Below are positions 31,777-32,000 of a DNA stretch of 32,000 bases, in pieces. The notes below the pieces were generated by a model. That model did not search any database. It saw only the letters and a list, made by a program, of their open reading frames with translations, and had not been told where the DNA came from. The stretch is taken from assembly GCA_963843975.1 (NCBI GenBank), contig CAWJMG010000003.1:1320001-1352000 (forward strand), in the 5' to 3' direction. Within the stretch, counting starts at the first letter, position 1; each line of letters begins with the position of its first letter. A program made the position numbers and the translations under genes. The stretch comes from an uncultured Actinomycetes bacterium. GTDB lineage: Bacteria; Actinomycetota; Actinomycetes; S36-B12; CAIYMF01.

Positions 31777-32000
31777 ATGTCACGGAACACCAACGTCTCC
31801 CCTGCTGTTCGGACCTCGAGCGACACAGAACGCCCGGCCACCAGGGGCGAATCGCGCGACACCATGCTCGAGCGCGGCATCTTCATCCTGCAGTCGTTCC
31901 GTCCGACGGGACAGCCGCAGACGCTCACCGCCATCGCTCGCCGGACGGACCTGCCCAAGTCCACGACGCACCGCATCGTCGAGGTGCTCGCCGGCCAGGG
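31777..32000 (+). CDS. IclR family transcriptional regulator, N-terminal part (runs off the window)
   Basis: It is not in the supplied ORF track because no stop lies in the window. Frame 1 gives ...SRDTMLERGIFILQSFRPTGQPQTLTAIARRTDLPKSTTHRIVEVLAGQ, an IclR-type winged HTH. The start is ATG 31777 or ATG 31864; GC3 is lower before 31864. Confidence 0.7.
   Translation, partial: MSRNTNVSPAVRTSSDTERPATRGESRDTMLERGIFILQSFRPTGQPQTLTAIARRTDLPKSTTHRIVEVLAGQ

Noticed and set aside
31755-31976. Minus-strand ORFs 31755-31976 and 31780-31971 from the ORF track.
   Set aside because: They lie antisense to a clear IclR-type HTH reading frame (TLTAIARRTDLPKSTTHRIVEVL) that runs off the window end. Their translations are not protein-like.

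Overview
Very high-GC (by eye above 70%) actinobacterial chromosomal DNA. GC3 is near saturation, GTG starts are frequent, and several gene junctions are 4-nt GTGA start/stop overlaps. Nearly every stretch is open in several frames, so I called genes from protein-like sequence and motifs, not ORF length. All family names come from motif recognition by eye; no database search was run.

Left to right:
1. 1-6267 (+): a tightly coupled five-gene operon. It holds an acyl-CoA dehydrogenase fragment, a truncated SerRS-like amino acid--[carrier protein] ligase, a DUF1839-like protein, a signal-less GH2-like protein and a tandem alpha/beta-hydrolase-fold protein.
2. Secreted M6 (InhA-like) metalloprotease, a YihY/BrkB membrane protein and a 65-aa leaderless ORF.
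3. An IS481-type insertion sequence flanked by an 18-bp direct repeat that includes the 3' end of tRNA-Met(CAT).
4. A c-di-GMP locus: a heptad Arg-repeat coiled-coil protein with a degenerate GGDEF domain, a GAF-GGDEF-EAL protein, and a membrane GGDEF-EAL gene broken by a 1-nt frameshift.
5. tRNA-Asn, a conserved hypothetical gene and dnaG.
6. Two opposite-strand genes (class V PLP enzyme and a PGM1-like ATP-grasp ligase) wedged between dnaG and dgt.
7. A YdcF/DUF218 gene and two paralogous secreted low-complexity proteins, one carrying a PepSY domain.
8. ppdK.
9. A hydratase / acetaldehyde dehydrogenase / aldolase lower meta-cleavage operon with a divergent IclR regulator.

The best candidate for an undescribed system is the aa:CP-ligase operon at 1-6267; the fate of the aminoacyl-carrier-protein thioester made by this enzyme family is not established. 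Second-tier items are the heptad-locked Arg repeat with a dead GGDEF domain, the dgt/dnaG split by a two-gene PLP plus ATP-grasp cassette, and a recurrent leaderless-promoter signature.
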